Shown one piece after another: positions 62,020-64,000 of a stretch of DNA of 64,000 nt. The notes below the pieces were generated by a model that saw only the letters and a program-made list of their open reading frames with translations, ran no database searches and had not been told where the DNA came from. The stretch is from NCBI GenBank assembly GCA_040954595.2, contig JBECUI020000026.1, positions 186,001 to 250,000 of the forward strand, read 5' to 3'. Numbering within the stretch: position 1 is the stretch's first letter; each line of letters opens with the position of its first letter. The DNA comes from Balanoglossus misakiensis. Its lineage: Eukaryota; Animalia; Hemichordata. Made by a program: the position numbers and the translations under genes.

Positions 62020-64000
62020 TTACAATTCCAGCGGTACAGTGGACACTCCATCGGCTAGCACTTTTCGTTTGATGTAGAGGTAGCTGAATCCACACTTGAG
62101 TTGACGATATGTATAGAGGTGGAGTCCATGCAACCGAAATCCTCTGTTGACGACACTCTTCGGACTTTTTGACTGCAGGACATCCAGATACATTTCTTTG
62201 GTGACGAGGTTAGTTTTCTTGTTGACGCCCTTGCATGAAAACTTATCCCCACTGTCGCCACCAAAACAGTAGTAACATTTACTGTTGAGCGCCACAATAC
62301 CATCACCTTCCCACTCCACCTTAAACAGACCAGGGGTTCTCTTGTCATGTTGATAATGATCGGGTCGTGGAAACCACAAGTGCTTCTCGGCATTATACAC
62401 TTGTTTCAACTCAGGTTTGACCATCTCCTCCAAACTTTCAGCAGCAATGGCGATATATGCAGAGTCCGTGTCCATCTCAACATACTGAAAGTCAGACCTG
62501 TTGAAGAATCTGCACATAAAATCGTAGTAGAACTCGAGCATTCGCAGTTTTGCATACTGATAGACAAAGAGTCCTATCTGCATGGGCTGGTCGATGACGA
62601 TTCTACGTTTGGTGGATGACACTTCATAGGTGTCACTGGACAAGTCGGTGAGTCTTCTGAAGTGTGGAGAGTTGACGAGCTTGCTTGCCTCGGCCAAACC
62701 ACATATCTTCACATCAAGGTGTTTCTCCTTATTCATTAACGTTTTTCCATAGGCACTGTTGCCAAGAAGCTTCATCGTGTCCCCTAAAACAGATTTGGTG
62801 GCATCTGCATCACCTTGTCTTCGAGCATCTGACACTTGCTCTCCAAATCGACGGAAACAAGCTTTTGGTGTGAACTCAAGCACCTGGTGGACTTTTTTCA
62901 CCACAAGACCATGCTCCATGTACCACTTTAAAAGTGGCGTAATGATGAGGAGCCTTTCACCGTGGAGACTGCTGATCAGAGAACGACGAGGACTTCGCAG
63001 TTGGTCCCGCTCAGCTGCAAACATAAACATATGTTCACCGATATCTGACCTTGAAATTAGCGTATTCTTGAAGATGGGGCACATCTCGGAAAAATGCTCC
63101 CTCAGATGTTCAGGTACTTCGAGATCGCATTCCACCATACCAAACAGTTCACCATCCTGGACAGCGTCGATGATATGTTCTTCTGTCACCGAGTAGCACC
63201 TGTCGAAGCATCTGTTGTTTCTTTGGCGTCTGAAACTTCTCAGTTCCGCGTCTGTCTTTCGCATAGCGCGGTATTGACACTCCCAGATGGTAACAAGGTT
63301 GAAACCCATCTCTCGAATATAGTTCTCATTCTTCTGAGTCTCTCTTCTCAGTTCCTGCAAAGACTTTCCTCGTACTTCATTACACTCTCTGTCTCGGTTC
63401 AGTTCACAGTCGTGTCCATGCCAGTAACAGCCGTGAAACTGGTATACAGTGTTAGTTGACTCGCAAAATCCATCCACGGGTAGATGACGACCACCAAGAC
63501 GTCTTTCTCGTCCATTCCCTTTGTGTCGGATGATAAGGTTGTCTTTGTCTGCTACAAAGTCGAGCCACTCAGTGGCCATAGGTTCGGATATGGTCCGTTT
63601 GAAACCTTCCTCAGCTTTTCTGCGAACGTAGTATCCGGTTGGCATGTCCTGCATGAGGGCCCAAAGGTAGAGTGCATTGGCATCATATCCGACGACACGT
63701 CTGCAAGTTTTATTATTTCTGATGTAGGTTTTACCCGCTTCGTGGTACCGATGGAAAATAATGCTTGGGCCTCCAATGATGTTGGACTTGAAGGTCTCGT
63801 ACAAGTCCTTGTCGCGTTCATTGATAAGACTGAAGGAAACGTCGGCAGGCAGTTGTTTGAACAAATAGCGCATTGTTATGCCCGGTAAAGAGATGGCATC
63901 TTTAAAGGGATCCACTCTTCTCTCGCGATAAAACTGATACATGTTGTTGATGGCATCTAGAAATGGCTGCACGTCGGCATTGTTGTACCATGTCAGGAAA
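62020..64000 (-). CDS. Protein-primed family B DNA polymerase (5' part outside the window) with a Vsr-like nuclease insertion
   Basis: ExoIII WYNNADV, motif A GYDANALY, motif B KLLGNSAYGK, motif C EMDTDS. The insert reads VDGF...YQFHGCYWHGH...IWECQ. Confidence 0.96.
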   Translation of the reverse strand, partial: FLTWYNNADVQPFLDAINNMYQFYRERRVDPFKDAISLPGITMRYLFKQLPADVSFSLINERDKDLYETFKSNIIGGPSIIFHRYHEAGKTYIRNNKTCRRVVGYDANALYLWALMQDMPTGYYVRRKAEEGFKRTISEPMATEWLDFVADKDNLIIRHKGNGRERRLGGRHLPVDGFCESTNTVYQFHGCYWHGHDCELNRDRECNEVRGKSLQELRRETQKNENYIREMGFNLVTIWECQYRAMRKTDAELRSFRRQRNNRCFDRCYSVTEEHIIDAVQDGELFGMVECDLEVPEHLREHFSEMCPIFKNTLISRSDIGEHMFMFAAERDQLRSPRRSLISSLHGERLLIITPLLKWYMEHGLVVKKVHQVLEFTPKACFRRFGEQVSDARRQGDADATKSVLGDTMKLLGNSAYGKTLMNKEKHLDVKICGLAEASKLVNSPHFRRLTDLSSDTYEVSSTKRRIVIDQPMQIGLFVYQYAKLRMLEFYYDFMCRFFNRSDFQYVEMDTDSAYIAIAAESLEEMVKPELKQVYNAEKHLWFPRPDHYQHDKRTPGLFKVEWEGDGIVALNSKCYYCFGGDSGDKFSCKGVNKKTNLVTKEMYLDVLQSKSPKSVVNRGFRLHGLHLYTYRQLKCGFSYLYIKRKVLADGVSTVPLEL

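Larger units (their letters stand above)
52295..64000. mobile_element. Polinton/Maverick (adintovirus-like endogenous virus), group-2-like; continues past the window end
   Basis: Core set present: pPolB, ATPase, INT, penton, MCP, protease. Candidate terminus AGTAGT at 52295 is followed by a CpG-rich non-coding tract (probable TIR). Confidence 0.95.

Noticed and set aside
55836-63888. Plus-strand ORFs overlapping Polinton genes
   Set aside because: They are antisense shadows of real minus-strand genes and have no recognisable motifs.

Overview
Eukaryotic DNA, most likely from an invertebrate animal, at the edge of a satellite block. Bases 1-40.2 kb are mostly tandem satellite. A 78-bp monomer (SatA) gives way to a related 88-bp monomer (SatB = SatA plus a 10-bp insert). 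A ~2.6-kb nested foldback follows, with SatA in opposite orientations on its two sides, and there are two head-to-head strand switches at the same GAAATTTC site. Bases 40.2-46.5 kb hold MITEs and a probable decayed tandem-C1q pseudogene. Bases 46.9-51.4 kb hold a degraded, 3'-truncated Gmr1-like Gypsy LTR retrotransposon (gag-PR-INT-RT order, tRNA-Pro PBS). From ~52.3 kb to the window end lies a nearly intact Polinton/Maverick (adintovirus-like endogenous virus): pPolB with a Vsr-like insert, packaging ATPase, integrase-chromodomain, penton, major capsid protein, adenain protease and small core proteins. Its most novel feature is an oppositely oriented accessory gene fusing a PCIF1/Pin1-type WW domain to a PC4 ssDNA-binding coactivator domain. 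That gene sits behind a CCAATx3/octamer/TATA promoter and a 330-bp (GGA)n tract. All family calls come from motif recognition by eye; no database search was run.
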